Shown piece by piece: positions 48,401 through 61,881 of a DNA stretch of 64,000 nucleotides. The notes under the pieces were generated by a model, which was given only the letters and a program-made list of their open reading frames with translations, made no database searches and was not told where the DNA came from. Each line of letters begins with the position of its first letter. Positions within the stretch are counted from its first letter, which is position 1. The DNA is from Xylographa opegraphella (lineage: Eukaryota). The stretch spans positions 186,001 through 250,000 of the forward strand of contig JALDZX010000007.1 of the NCBI GenBank assembly GCA_022813865.1, written 5' to 3'. A program made the translations under genes and the position numbers.

Positions 48401-51400
48401 ATCGAAGCAGAATGGAATCATGGATTCTGGTTTTAGGCCAAGGCGGATTAAATAGTGAGCAAGTCGTGTGGAAAGGTCGTCTATTTGGCGGTATGTAAAG
48501 TCACCATCCCAGGAACAAATAGCCGGTGCATCCGGGCATAAGTTGACCTGCTGATCAATAGACTGATGAACACATGCGTCAATGGCGACTGGGGCGGTGG
48601 CGTTCCAGCTTGCTATAAGACCAGCATCACGGTCGTTGAAGAGACTTATTTGGGATGCTCGCGCATGGCCGTCCATTACAATATTGGAGATTGCTCCAGA
48701 AAATATACTGGCGATGTTGGCAGCTTCACCAGGCGACATAACGGATGACCAGTATCCAAGTGAAATACGGAGGTCGGTATCGCCAACTTCTATACCTATA
48801 GCAATATCAAACTGCAGATTGTCATCAGTAGCTTTCGTATAGGCCGATTGCAACCACTTACATCGGTTGGGTCCACATCGCCTGTCAGTTCAAATGAGAC
48901 ACTCGATGTGGTGCAAGCTTCTACAGACACTGACCGCTGCAACGACAATATCGAATTGAATAGTGGCATTCCGGAAAGGTTCAAGGCATGTTGAATCTGT
49001 GCTAGCGAGCAGTGTTGATGCGGCAGCCCAGAGAAATAGTCGCTTTGCATTTTCTGGCCCAATTCGGCAACCGTATCTTTAGGCGCAACAATTTGGCGGC
49101 ACACTAGCATGTTAATACATATTCCAACCATGTTTTCAATTCCTGGAACTGGTATGTCCCGTCCTGATGCAACATAGCCAAAGCAAACATCATCCGAGCC
49201 AGTGAGAGTTCTGAGTACAATTCCCCATGCCGTTTTGAGGACATTGGCGACCGTTATCATGTTTTCTTTACAGAAACTGAATAGTTCGGCAATCTTGGAA
49301 AATTCCACTGTTGTTACCATGCTCTCAATTGGGCTAGTACTGCTGCCACCATAAGTTGGAGCAATGCACGGTTGAGCTCCGCCAAGGTAGGTTTTCCAGT
49401 ACTTCATCGCTTCGTCGTGAGGCTGATCTTGAAGGTAGGATATGAATTCACCATACGATGGCGCTGGCTGAATAGACAATTTGTCGTCATACGCAAGACT
49501 GAAGTCCCGTAGAAGAATCTCGGTGGAGCCACCATCGATAAGGGCGTGGTTAATGCTTAGCATGAAATAAACCTTGCCATTGAGTAAACGGCATTGAACA
49601 AGCTCGTATGGAAGTCCCCCGTTATCTGTTCGAATTGGGAGAGCCTTCAGGAATGATACAACGTCAGATTCACATCCTGATCCGATATATTCAACGTATT
49701 TGATATTGGCTTTTGCCTCGCGTAGCACAACTTGGTGGTATGAGCTATCGTCGGAGATATCGTCGGCAAATATTGTTCGTAACGAAGTGTTTCGATTGAT
49801 TAGCTTTTGCCAGGATTTATACAGGCAGTCATCGTCAAGTGATTCGGAGTTGTTCGATTGGCCACAAAAAATCTGTCGTATTTCGTAGCTACCAGGATTT
49901 TTCGCTTGGCCAAGTAAAATACCTTCTTGCATAGAGGAGCACATGAAGACGTCCTCAATGTGGTCGATAGATGATACTCCAAGCTTTGAAAAGTCGTAAG
50001 AAGCCAAAGTCGAGATCCTTTCAGAGAGTGGAAGACTCTTCGAGAGCGTGAGAGATTGCTCATTTAAGGCTGGTTCAAAGTAGCTAGCTCTTGATGCTGC
50101 TTCAGATAGGCTCTGGCTTTGCAGAACATCTTGAACAGCCAGCAAAATGTTCTTGGACCTACATTGAGTGATGACCTGCATCGAAGTGATTGAATCACCA
50201 CCAAGACTTATGAATGCGCAATTGAAACCAACCTCAGTGACGGGAATATTGAGAACGGTACTCCAAATTTGCTGCAGCTCTTCCTCAATTTTTGTAGCTG
50301 GGATTTCTGATTGGAGATGAGCTTCCGACCCGGTGACGATTGCGAATTCTTCCTCGCTGATGTTCTCGACCCATTTTCGAAGCAGCACGCGGTCGATCTT
50401 CCCGGAAGTTGTTCGGGGAACAGCTTCAAGGACAGCCCAAAATTCCGGAACCATGTATGTAGGAACAAGCTGAGATAGACGATCTCGAACTTCTGCAACC
50501 AAGACTCGGGCTTCTCGTCTATGCTGGGGTGGAAGCAGAGCCACCTCCGCCTCATTAGGGGCCATCTCAAAGTCCCGTAGCGATAAAACTCCAGTCAATT
50601 GCTGCTTACATCGGCCAGATTTAGCCAGCAGTACAGCGACTTGTTGAACATGATGATCCGCGGACAGATGATGTTCTATTTCTCCCAGTTCCAGGCGCTG
50701 GCCGCGAAGCTTCACTTGTGTATCCTTCCGTCCAATATAGTTGATTGTTCCATCCGAATTGTATCGGACAAGATCTCCTGTTTTGTACAACGACTTCACT
50801 CGCAATGCTTTATGTGTTCTGAGAAAAGCTGGGGCGTTGATGAAGACTTCACTAGTTTTCTCAGGGTCTCCAAAGTAGCCTCTTGCAACAATGGGACCCT
50901 GAATAAGCAGCTCCCCAATCGCTCCAATTGGCACGAGTTTATTATGATCTTTGGCGTCAACTACCCAACAAATTGCGCCCTTTCCGCGTCCAATGTTAGC
51001 AGGATCGGAGTTACACGAAAGCTTTTCGTTTATGGTAGAAGCCACCGAGCATTCCGTTGGACCATAGCCGTTGATGAGCTGGAGTCGATCTGCCCAAGTA
51101 ACAACATCCTTCGATGATAGCGACTCTCCTCCGAGCGCCAAGGTTTTCAGACCAAGTACAGAGTCTGGATTCAAGTGCCGAACAACTGAAGGCGTCATAA
51201 AAGTGAAGGTGATTTCGTACTTGTTAATAACGCTAGCAATTCCTTCTAGCAGGTCTGCTTCACCGGGAACACAGATGCATGCGCCGGCCGTCAAGGAGGT
51301 GAAAATCTCGAGCATACTGACATCAAATGTGTAGGGCGTCATCTGAAGAACGCGAGTCGAAGGTGTCATGTTGGCGGCGATCACTTGTTTCGCAGCTCCT

Positions 51401-52770
51401 GTTAAAAAGGAGGCATGTTCGACGACACAGCCCTTCGGGATACCCGTCGAGCCAGAGGTGAAGATTAGATAGAGGATGTTATCCGGTCTTACCCCCGTGA
51501 CAGGAGTGATAGGCGCCTTGTTATTTGAAGGTAAGCCTGCAACGCTTTCCGCATCTATCGCGAAAACGCCAGCTGTTCCCTGCCAAAGGGCACAATGCCT
51601 TCGTGATGTTAGTATCAGCTTCGCCCTTACCCGGGTAACAATCTCTGCCATTCGAGCTTTAGGTTGCTTCGGATCCACATTGACAATAGCACCACCAGCT
51701 TTGATAACGGCCATAATAGCAACGATGGCCCATAACGACTTCTCAAAACACAATGGCACAATAGTGTCTGGCCCGATCCCAAGACCGATCAAATGGTATG
51801 CCAGACGTGTTGAGATCTCGCTGAGAGCGGCATATGATAAAGAGCCGTCCCATGAGCTGATAGCCTCAGCTTCCGGACGAGCTTTCGCTTGTCTCTCGAA
51901 AAGATCGTGGACACATAGAGACACTGTTTCTGGGTACTCCTGGTTCCATGCCCAAATCTGCTCGACGTGGCTTGGACTCATGAAATTGGTTCCGCCAAGA
52001 AGCATGGAGGAGTTTTGCACAATCTCTGAAAGAACCTGTTCAAAGCTTGTGGCGAGGTTGAGCGCTTGTTTAGTGGGAAGAAAGGAAGGCTTATAGCTAA
52101 GTGCAGCTTCAATGTCTTTGCCGACTTCTCTGATCCTGATGGAGATGAATTTGTCCTGAAAACTCAGATTAGCTTATGACCGGAGCTAATCATATTTAGA
52201 CGGAATTATAACCGTTGGAAATCTTACTTGATCCCGGATCAGTTTCAACAGCGGCGCAACCGGCATGCCGTTAACGCCCTGGAAAACCACTGCTGTGTTA
52301 AAATCATGTTGGTAATGACCAATTACCGATGACCGCATATTAGCATGGTTCTCGAAGCTCAACTTAGTTTCCCGCTCGACATCTTTGAGGACACTCTCAA
52401 GCTCTCTGATGCTCTCCAGCTCAACGCGGCAGACTCCTTCTCTTTGCGTACTGGCATCGCTGGTTATGACAAGGAAACCAACCTTATCAGTACCCAGATA
52501 CCGTGCAAGAACAAGAGCCCAAGCAGTGCTGAAGAGTGTAGGGATAGATACGTCATGCTGGGCGCAGATGTAATTAAGGACTCGAGCAGAGCGAAAGGAG
52601 CCAAGATCTAACGAAGTAAGTTGCTGTACGGACCGCTGTCTGGGGGAATATGGTTCTATTATTCCGTCTGTCAGTAAGGGGAAAAGACATGTGCCAAACT
52701 CATCCTTTGTTTCCTGTTTCGGGGACAGTTGTGTTGAAGTATATGGAACAGCATCAAATGATGGTGCCAT
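36494..52770 (-). CDS. Multimodular non-ribosomal peptide synthetase, ~5,384 aa: half-C, A1-T-C, A2-T-C, A3-T-E*-C, half-C, A4-T-CT-T*
   Basis: Exons 52770-52228, 52155-48862, 48811-36494 with phase-0 GT-AG introns. Four A domains (TSGSTGxPK, YGPxE, LYKTGDL-type, A10 Lys). GGDS carrier motifs at 50191, 46865, 43613, 38306. C motifs NHALIDG (49531), HHACYDG (46235), SHALSDG (~41700), SHALYDG (37661). E-like region ~43453-42183. Terminal GGDL at 36617. Confidence 0.97.
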
Positions 52771-54629
52771 TGCTACAAGTTAATGGAGTCAAAGTACTAT
52801 ACGGATGAGAAGATGCTATGGAGAAAGATAGGTAGGATATGTAAGATACTGAGAGCGTGAGGCTGAGAGATAAAGAGGCAAAGACTGGAGACGTGCTGAT
52901 AGTGATAGCTCGTTGCGTTGGCGATGGTTCCACGAGTAAAGACGATCGGTAATGATGTCAAGAGGATCGATATATGATACAACATAAAATAAGAGGGCAC
53001 TGTGCGGAAGAAGACATAGATATGATCAACAAGGATGAACTCCTGCCCAAAAGGGTGTATGACCAAAACTCCTCGAGCTCAAGGCCCCGGTGTCAAGCGA
53101 CGACCACGCAGTTGCTGAGGTTGTTCCGCCCAGCCGAAACATTGTGGCAAGCGATCCATCCCATGGGCACATGGGCAAGGTACGCTGCGGAGCCACGCAG
53201 GAACCAATTCTGTGCAGCATTAAACTAGAGTATCTCAATGTGTAACAGCGTGGTAGCCGAGTCTATACACATGTGTCGATCCTGCCAGAGCTCGGTGAAA
53301 CAATCGAATCCACAATAGGTTGTGGGTAGTCGCAGTAAGATCGCGTACTGCGGTGGCCTGGACCTGTTCTAGCTTCAGTGAAGACGCGGTATAGAAAGAG
53401 GTGAAGTTAATGCTGGCAGGATAGACAAAACATTAGGTAAGCGTCTTTAGCGCCACCCATTTTACTGAGAGTGTAACCAATCAGAATGACCGTGGCTACC
53501 CGCACCTATCCGCTATGGCCTATCTTCATATCACCGCTGCTTGAATCTCTTCCTCCTGATATTGCGATACGCCTGACGGACCAGAAAATAGTATGAGTTT
53601 AGCTGGTACCGTGTGCGAGCTATAGGGCACCTCCTGCCCTCCGAACGCCTGGAAATTCTTTTAGTCGCTGGGAGCTTTGTCGTGCCTAAGCTCGGAACGA
53701 ACAGTGGAATGGGCTATGTAACTTCAGGTGGGATCTTGGCTTCATTTGACACACAGTCCTGACCATTAGCAGTCATCAGCGAATTTTTCGCTGGCCCTAG
53801 CTAGCACTATCCATGGGAGGGGTTGCTCAGACAGTAAAGCTTGGACGCGGATCAGACAACGTTCTCGGCTTTAGCCCGATGCCGTATTACATTTGCCTGT
53901 AAATGGTGCATTCAGCTCTTGGATGTAGTTCGAAAGCTCAGTGTCATCCTTGGCAGCCACGCCGCTCGTGCCTGTAAGCTTTTGCCCGTGGGTACACGGC
54001 CGGAATCAAGTGGGCGAGTGGCGTTTCCGTCCTTTTCGCAACGGCTCGGTCGTGAGTCCGCTCTCTTACTAGGGTTGTCCGTATCAGGTCAAGGATGCTC
54101 CACGTGGTGGTGGATGGGCTTACTTCGGCTCATCCAGTTTATTACCAGATAGTCCTTTGAGTTACATCAATCGGCCTTTTGCCCACCCGAGGTTTAACTT
54201 TGATGCTTCTAGGTGCTATGTATGTGTGGGACTCATCCCAGCCCCACGTGGAATGTGTAGGAGATCCGGGCATGAAGATCGTTTCGGATCTGCTGGACCG
54301 TAGCTTAGTGCACAGCGAGCTGTGTACACCGGCTGCAACCGCATTCTAGGATTTGTCGCCCTGCTGCACTGGCTTTGAAGCGGGCATCCACGTTTCGAAT
54401 CAAGCAATGACTTGTGTCTGCCAGACCGAGTGTGTTCTACAGTCAATGGTTTTCAATATTGAATGATCTGATCTCGATGACAATAGAAACGAAACAAACA
54501 TCTGATAGGATCTCTTCAATTTTCATTTTACCTTACCTTTCAATATTTTATGTTCTTCACTGCGTACTCTTTGCAATTTTTATTATATGTGAACTGTTAT
54601 AGATGAATACCGTCACCTTGGTCTTGCAT
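52771..54629. promoter_or_regulatory. Divergent (bidirectional) promoter region shared by the NRPS and the ABC transporter
   Basis: Head-to-head gene geometry, ~1.86 kb with no convincing CDS, a CCAAT element near 53477. No specific transcription factor site identified. Confidence 0.55.
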
Positions 54630-57600
54630 ATGTCGACAATATTGGCGACGCGCAGCTCGCCATGCACCATTGACGTAGAAGGCCAGTTTGGACCCAAAGT
54701 GGACGACGCATGTCTAGATGGATTCGATTTTACGTTACTCTTCGAGGAAAGCATATTGTCCATCTCTATCTCCGCTTTGTTGCTGTCTGCTGTTCCTCTA
54801 CGCATCGCATATCTCAGCCGGAAGCCGCAGAAAGCTGTTGGTGGAGTCCTTCATTTGGCGAAGCTGGTGAGAGATGTCCTACTAGCGACTGACATTAGTG
54901 CTAACTGGTGCTATTCCTAGCTTTCTTGGGCAGCTTTGACGTGCTTGTACATTGTGCTGTTAGCGATATATGCATTGCCTATCGCCCCGGGAACACAATC
55001 AACTATTCCAGCGGTGGTTCTCGCCTTTGCCTGCTCCGCCAGCGCTTTCTTTGTCTCACATTTAGAGCACATGCGCTCGATACAACCGTCGAAAATTCTC
55101 GAGTGCTATCTCTTCTTCTCGACTTTGTTAGACATTGCCAGGACGAGGACGTTATGGGCGATACACGGAGGCCGTGTGGCTGCGATATTATTCTCAACAA
55201 TTCTTGGCATGAGATGTCTCTTGCTTCTCCTTGAGTCAGCAGAAAAAAGAGGGCTGTTGAAACCGGCGTACCAGGGTTCTGCACTGGAAAGCACGAGTAA
55301 TATGTTTAGTCGGGGGTTGTTTTGGTGGTTAAATCCTCAGCTCTTGAAGGGATATTCCACCTTAATGTCGATGGCCGACCTTTCCGCGATCGACACAAAA
55401 TTGACTGGAAAAGGCGCAGGAGAAGACGGTTTGCAGCAACGCTGGAAAATCATCAAGAGCCGGGGGAACGGGAATTCCCTACTTCGGGCATGTCTGGGAC
55501 ATTATAAATGGGAGATTGGTGCTGGTATCATACCTCGCGCCTTACAAATCGGCTTTCTATTCGCGCAACCTTTCCTCATTCGCACAACAATCGCACTTAT
55601 GAGTGCTCCCGACAGCCTCTACACAACCTACGTAGGATATGCTATTATTGGATCCTATGCAATAGTATATGTTGGCATTGCCGTTTCCACGGTTCTAGCA
55701 AGGCATAAGGCGTTCCGAGTTATCACCATGATGCGAGATAGTATTGTCAGCATGATATATGACAAGACGATGAAGCTGCCGTTTTCAGGTCTAGACGGGA
55801 ACGGCCCCATTACCCTTATGAGCGCCGATATCGAACGTCTCGCCAGTGGGTTACGATACATGCACGATTCTTGGGCCAGCGTTATCGAGATATCTATTGC
55901 ACTATATCTGCTCTATAAGGAGCTAGGTATAGCAGGTATCGCACCAATTGTCATTGCTATGGCTTGTGCAGTCTTCGCCGTCATACTATCAGCCATGTCC
56001 CGCAACCGCCAGAAGATCTGGCTTGAGGCTATAGAAGCAAGGGTTGACGCAACTTCAAAGATGCTTGGATCGATGAAGGGCGTGAAGATGAGAGGTTTGA
56101 CGACAAAACTGTTCAGTATCATTCAAGGCATGAAAGAGGACGAGATAAAGAAGTCACAAAAATTTCGAGAGCTATTGATAGCAGCTGCTGCGGTAGCCTA
56201 TAGCAATGGCGCTATCGCTCCTGTTATATCATTTGCCATCTATTCTGTTGGTGGCTCCGGAGTTTTGACTACGGAAAAGGCTTTCTATGCACTTACCCTC
56301 TTTGCTCTCTTGAACGAACCTATTGGCACCTTGGTTGAGGCCTTGACTGGATTGGCTACTGCAAGAGGCTCCTTGGATAGAATTGACAAATTTTTAAAGA
56401 GAGACCCACACGTGGATGGGCGAGCGTCTGCTACGTCGACATATGATAGCGACTCTGAAGTACAACCGGACGCAACCGAGGACGCAGGAAGTGTGGAGAT
56501 AAAAAGATTGAACATTAGCGAGCAGACACTGCCAATATTATCATTCTCGGAGAAGACTCATGTTGGACTTGAAGCTCAAGTTATGTCTAACACTACAGTA
56601 TACGGCATCGAATCAGTAACCGAAATTGTGGCTGCTCGGCACCGGACTGCTGGATGGGTGCCGAATAGCGTCCCTGTTTTGCAAAATCTTAACTTTGACG
56701 TCCAACCTTCCACGTTCACGGTCGTCCTCGGCCCTACGGGTTCTGGTAAATCAACGCTCTTGACCGCTCTCCTCGGGGAAGTGCCAAAGTATAATGGATA
56801 CCTATACGTTTCTACTCCGCACGTTGCATACTGTGCACAAGTTCCTTGGCTTATCAACACGACTCTGAAGCAGAACATTCTTGGCGAATCTCTCTTTGAG
56901 CTTGACTGGTACCGGAAAGTGATTCGTGCTTGTGGACTAGAACAGGATTTCAGTATGCTTGCGTCGGGCGATCATTGCCTGGTCGGAAGTAACGGATCAA
57001 CGCTCAGTGGAGGACAAAAGCAGCGAGTGGTCTGTTTGAATCGTATCTCAGGACGTATTTGACACATATACTGACTATGAACCAGGCTCTTGCCAGAGCT
57101 GTATATTCCCGGAAGCTGACCGTAATTCTTGACGATCCGCTCAGTGGATTGGACCCCTCAACAGAAGAATGGGTAGTCTCCCATTTATTCGGAAGCAGTG
57201 GTCTTTTTCGGGAGATGGGAACAACAGTAATAATGGCATCGAATTCAGGTAAGCCAACAGTCGATATTGTGGCGTCAAAACTTACTGAATATCCAAAAGT
57301 GCAACATCTCTCCATCGCAGATCATGTCATCGTTCTTGGTACTAACGGTAGAATAACCCAGCAAGGTTCTTTCGAGGAATTGAACTCCGTTGAAGGATAC
57401 GTGCAAAGTCTGTCATTGGAAAAGCAGGAGCCATCTGCAATCCTAAAGCACGACATTGAGACCGTCCCTCTAATAATGCCTGATGCTCTTATTAATCTTT
57501 CTCCGGCGGACGGTGATCGGCGTACGGGAGATATGAGTCTTTATACATACTACATTCAGACTGTTGGAATCCCTCAATCTATCTTTTTCGTCGGGTTGCT

Positions 57601-59809
57601 ATCTTTATATGTTTTCTTTCTCTCTTTCCCAGGTACGTCGACTATTTGACAGCCACCAACACTAGGAGTAAAGCGGCTGATCTAGCTATGTATTTAGCTA
57701 TTTGGGTACAATGGTGGGCTGCAGCAAACGATATCGAGCCGAATTACAAGTTGGGCATGTATCTTGGTGTCTATGCTTGTCTTGCAGCCGGTGCAATGAT
57801 CTCTGTCGTGATCTCCTGCTGGTAAGTAGTCGAATGACCCGATCCGCCGAATCTCCTATTACTCGAACTCCACTAACGTATCTTAGGCATCTCATGGTGA
57901 ATATTGTTTCGAAGGCCGCCAGAGTGCTTCATACCAGGCTTCTTTCATCTGTGTTAAAGTGAGAACCTCCTGCCGGTATCATCAAAGAAGAACTACACTA
58001 AGATCTGTCTCAATAGTGCACCGATGTCCTTCTTCACGACGACGGATCGGGGCATCACCACCAACCGGTAAAATATCCGCAGCACGTATGTTTAAAATGA
58101 TATTAATGCATTTATAAAATAGGTTCACCCAAGACTTACAGCTCATCGACATGGAGCTACCGATATCGCTGCTCAATACCGTACTTGGTCGGTTTCTGAG
58201 ACTTCCTTCCTTATGAAAAATGCTGACCTGTACAGCTTCTCTCACGTGTTTGGCGCAGTTGATCATTATATCATATTCCACACGGTATCTAGCCGCCATC
58301 GTTCCTCTTTGTCTTGGCGTTTTCTATATGATCCAGCGATTCTATCTCCACACATCCCGTCAACTTCGGTTCATGGAAATTGAGATCAAGTCTCCTCTCT
58401 TCTCAAATTTTCTAGAAACCCTCAGCGGATTGGTCACGATACGAGCTTTTGGATGGGAGGATGCATATCGGCGCCGCAACCTGGAACTCGTGAAGACGTC
58501 ACAAAAACCTTTCTACCTTCTTTTCTGTGTTCAACGATGGCTCGAGCTGGTTGTGAGCTTAGCGGTTGCTGGCTTCGCAGTCTTGCTGGTTGGAGTGGCA
58601 GTTGCCACGAGGGGAAGTATCAGCGCTGGTTTCATAGGTGTCGCATTGATCAACATTGTCACGTTCAGTGAGAACATACAGTCGCTCATTATGCACTGGA
58701 CAGTCTTGGAGACATCTCTGGGAGCAGTGTCGAGAATCAGATCATTTACCAGTACGACTGAATCAGAGAACCTGCCTTCAGAAAACACCACACCTCCCAG
58801 TGACTGGCCAAGTGTAGGGGACATCCAATTTCGCGGCGTCTCTGCATCCTACACGAAAGACACATCACGACCAGCCTTGAAAGATATATCTATCTCGATC
58901 GCTGGCGGCCAGAAAGTTGGAATTTGCGGGAGAAGTGGGAGCGGGAAAAGTACCCTCGTTGCTACACTCTTGAGGATGTTGGACGTTGACAGTGGCTCAA
59001 TATGGGTTGATGATATCGACTTATCAACAGTACCGCGTCAAGAAGGACGATCAAGAATGATCGTTATGCCACAGGATCCCTACTTCTTTACCGGTTCGGT
59101 CCGACTGAACCTCGACCCAAATTGTGAGCTCTCCGACGCTATCATCATCAAGGCTTTGACAAAGACGCAAATCTGGGACACAATTCAGAAGCAAGGCGGA
59201 CTCGATGCAATGGTGACGGATGATTTCCTCTCCCATGGACAGCGGCAATTGCTATGTCTATCCGGTGCTATCCTACATGAAGGAAAAAAGATTTTCATTC
59301 TGGACGAAGCAACTAGCGGGTACGTGACACCTTCGATCCAGTTACAACGTTTTATCTGCTAAACCTTCTACAGCGTTGACAAGGTTTCCGATGAGCTCAT
59401 GCAACGACTTATCCGCTCCGAGTTCCAAGATCATACTGTGATAGCCATTGCCCATCGGCTGGACACAATCTTGGACTTTGACCAAGTGATTGTCATGGAT
59501 AAGGGTGCCGTCTTGGAAACTGGAAATCCCATGACTTTGCTGAGAGATGGCAAAACGAATGGGGAGCCGTCCCAATTCGCGCTATTGTATGAAAGCTTAG
59601 ACCGTTCAATGGTATCGTCGATGATGCCGACGAGTCCCAAGGGGGGAAAGCGGAAGTCGACAGCACATGCGACGCCGGGCCCTTCAAGCCGACGGACGAG
59701 CGTGACGCGGAGCATCTTGAGCAACCGTATGAGCTGGTTTCTGGAGGATGATGGGGATGTTGAGAAGAACGACCGGTGGTCGGGCCTGTGGCGCGACTTC
59801 TACTTCTGA
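54630..59809 (+). CDS. ABC transporter, ABCC/MRP type (full length, two TMD-NBD halves with N-terminal extension)
   Basis: Multi-exon, including short exons near 58017-58067 and 58123-58187. N-terminal FGP..C..FDFTLLFEESILS. NBD1: GPTGSGKST, LSGGQKQR, VILDDP. NBD2: GRSGSGKST, LSHGQRQL, FILDEATS, IAIAHRL. Confidence 0.95.
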
Positions 59810-61881
59810 GACTCCCTAGGATTGGATCGATATTTCCACAACATCCTCGTTCCCATTTCGGCGTTTATTTGGCATCAGACACGATAACAATGTCAGTAAA
59901 AAAAGCAATGCATTCCGTTCAGAAGAACGATTATACAGATTACTATCTACACAATTACTAGTTTTCAAAATATGTTTCTTGTGTTGAGTTAAACATAATA
60001 TGGTTCATGAATCCTTGTGTTGTTTGAGCGTAAACCCGGGTACGAAGTCATGACATTCAGAACCCGATGCCAGCTATAACGCCCCGTGAAGGTCGCCAGA
60101 GGTTGAGCCTGGGCTCACCGAACACTGGGAGTTCTGCCAGCCACGTCCAGAGAAGAGTTGTAAGCTTAGAGGGGTGATTAAGGGACCTCTGTCGGGAATC
60201 AGAGGCATTGACTGACCTCTGTTTGGCAGCCTGGGGCTTGTAGTCCAAAACAAGCAAGATCACCTTCACGTGACCGGGACATCGCCCGTTGGAGTCTCCC
60301 ATTACATACTTCGGCCCGAACTCGCTCAAGTGAAGTTGGAGTCCGGCCTGGGAGGCCGGACAACTGCAACGTTTCGTGTGGCCATACCGTGGGTGGGAAT
60401 GCGGGGTCATGCAACGGAACATCCGAGTCACAATTCGGGGGACTGGCAGTCGACACATTCGGCTCTAAATGAGCACACCATTTCCTTCCGGACGAAGTTT
60501 GGAAAGTATATCCCCAGCTCGACGGACGCCTTACAGTCTTCCGCAGGAAACCGTAGGCAGCGGGGAAGTCCCATACATTGTGGCTGTGCTTTAGCAGGGT
60601 ACACGCAACGTGGTAGCGAGTTGCTCAATAGCGCCTAGCACTGCTTGCCAATGTGATCACTCCCAGCGCAACACGTGTGAGATGCCGTTTTGTGTATACA
60701 CGAATGAGGGAGTCGCACATGATGGTTGATGTTGGGATTCCCGAATGCGGGCATGCCTCACGGGACAAGGGTCTGCCTGGTCGCTGCAATTGGAAGGGGT
60801 GTGTAGCCCCGCATTTATCCTAGCTGCCACGCCGAGCCCCTACTAGCTTAACGGATACCGCTTGCCCATACGGCTAAGGATGGCCAGTGTAATATTACGA
60901 GAACCAAGACAAGTTGGAACCGCAGTTTCCAATGCTGCACTGTGCCATCCAACTGCATCGTTGCGTGACAGCCAGCCACACTGCCCGTCCCTGCCGTCCG
61001 ATGTCGTCGTGGATGGCGTGATAGATGTTCTAGATGCCTCCACTCTGACTAGAGATCATAGTTCTTTCTCCGGACGACCCATGGGTGCTGCTCGCAGAGC
61101 GTTCCGCGCCGCCAAGGTACCTCCTGGTGCTCTCACCCACCACCTCTTTGCAGTGGACGTCCGTCCGAACCTTATCACTGGGCTATCGGACACGAGCGTA
61201 CACGTGGCTGGGCCCATAATTGTAGCTAACGCACTGCACTCGCTCCTCGGGAAATCCACCATGTTCAATCCCTAGTAAGGTTGCATTGCATCCCTGATTT
61301 GCGGAACCAAATTATACTTCTGATGTAGTCTGCAGTTATGACTTTTGCCCCCACTGCGTCTCCGCTCTCGTCCTTCCGCTAACCGCTCCTGATGCAAGTG
61401 TCAAAATCGGAGGGCCAGGCCTCTCCCACCCTCTCTTACCCTTTTTTCGTGCCTTCCTTCTCGAGAATGAAATTGCAAACAAGGCAAACATGATATTTCG
61501 GCCTCGCGGCGCAGCCTTAGGCAACCGTACCTAGCCGTGCTACTACTCTGTACAGTTGACGAGATGCAATTTGACGCCGAATGTAGCAGTGGACTCTGCA
61601 CGTATACTGAGGATGTCAATGGATCCGAAGGGCAGTGACTTTCTGTTAGGGATACCACTTAGTTCGTGCTCTCGATATAGAGGCTGCGGTCCGGCATATT
61701 GTTAAAAAACTTCAGGGTGGCTTTCTCGTCGTTTGTTGATCTCATTTACGTCTCAGTTCCGCTGTAATATCATAATTTGTATCCACCAAAAGCTCAACTT
61801 TTCATCATTTCCTTTCATTGCGAGATTTTCCTCTGCCCACTACATCCCTTCAATTAAACCCGGAATTTTTCCACCGCCATC

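Noticed and set aside
36494..52770. Calling the NRPS HTS1, APS1 or another named synthetase
   Set aside because: Four A domains plus a BCAT is suggestive, but the E position, half-C domains, ABC rather than MFS transporter, and absence of FAS/racemase in the window do not match; no search was possible.
48796..52770. Treating ORFs 52186-52770, 48796-52020 and 36494-48853 as separate genes or a frameshifted pseudogene
   Set aside because: Canonical phase-0 introns (52227-52156, 48861-48812) join them into a single frame.
59810..61880. ORFs between the ABC transporter and BCAT as a hidden gene or transposon
   Set aside because: Short ORFs in all frames with no motif, no terminal repeats and no coherent exon chain found.
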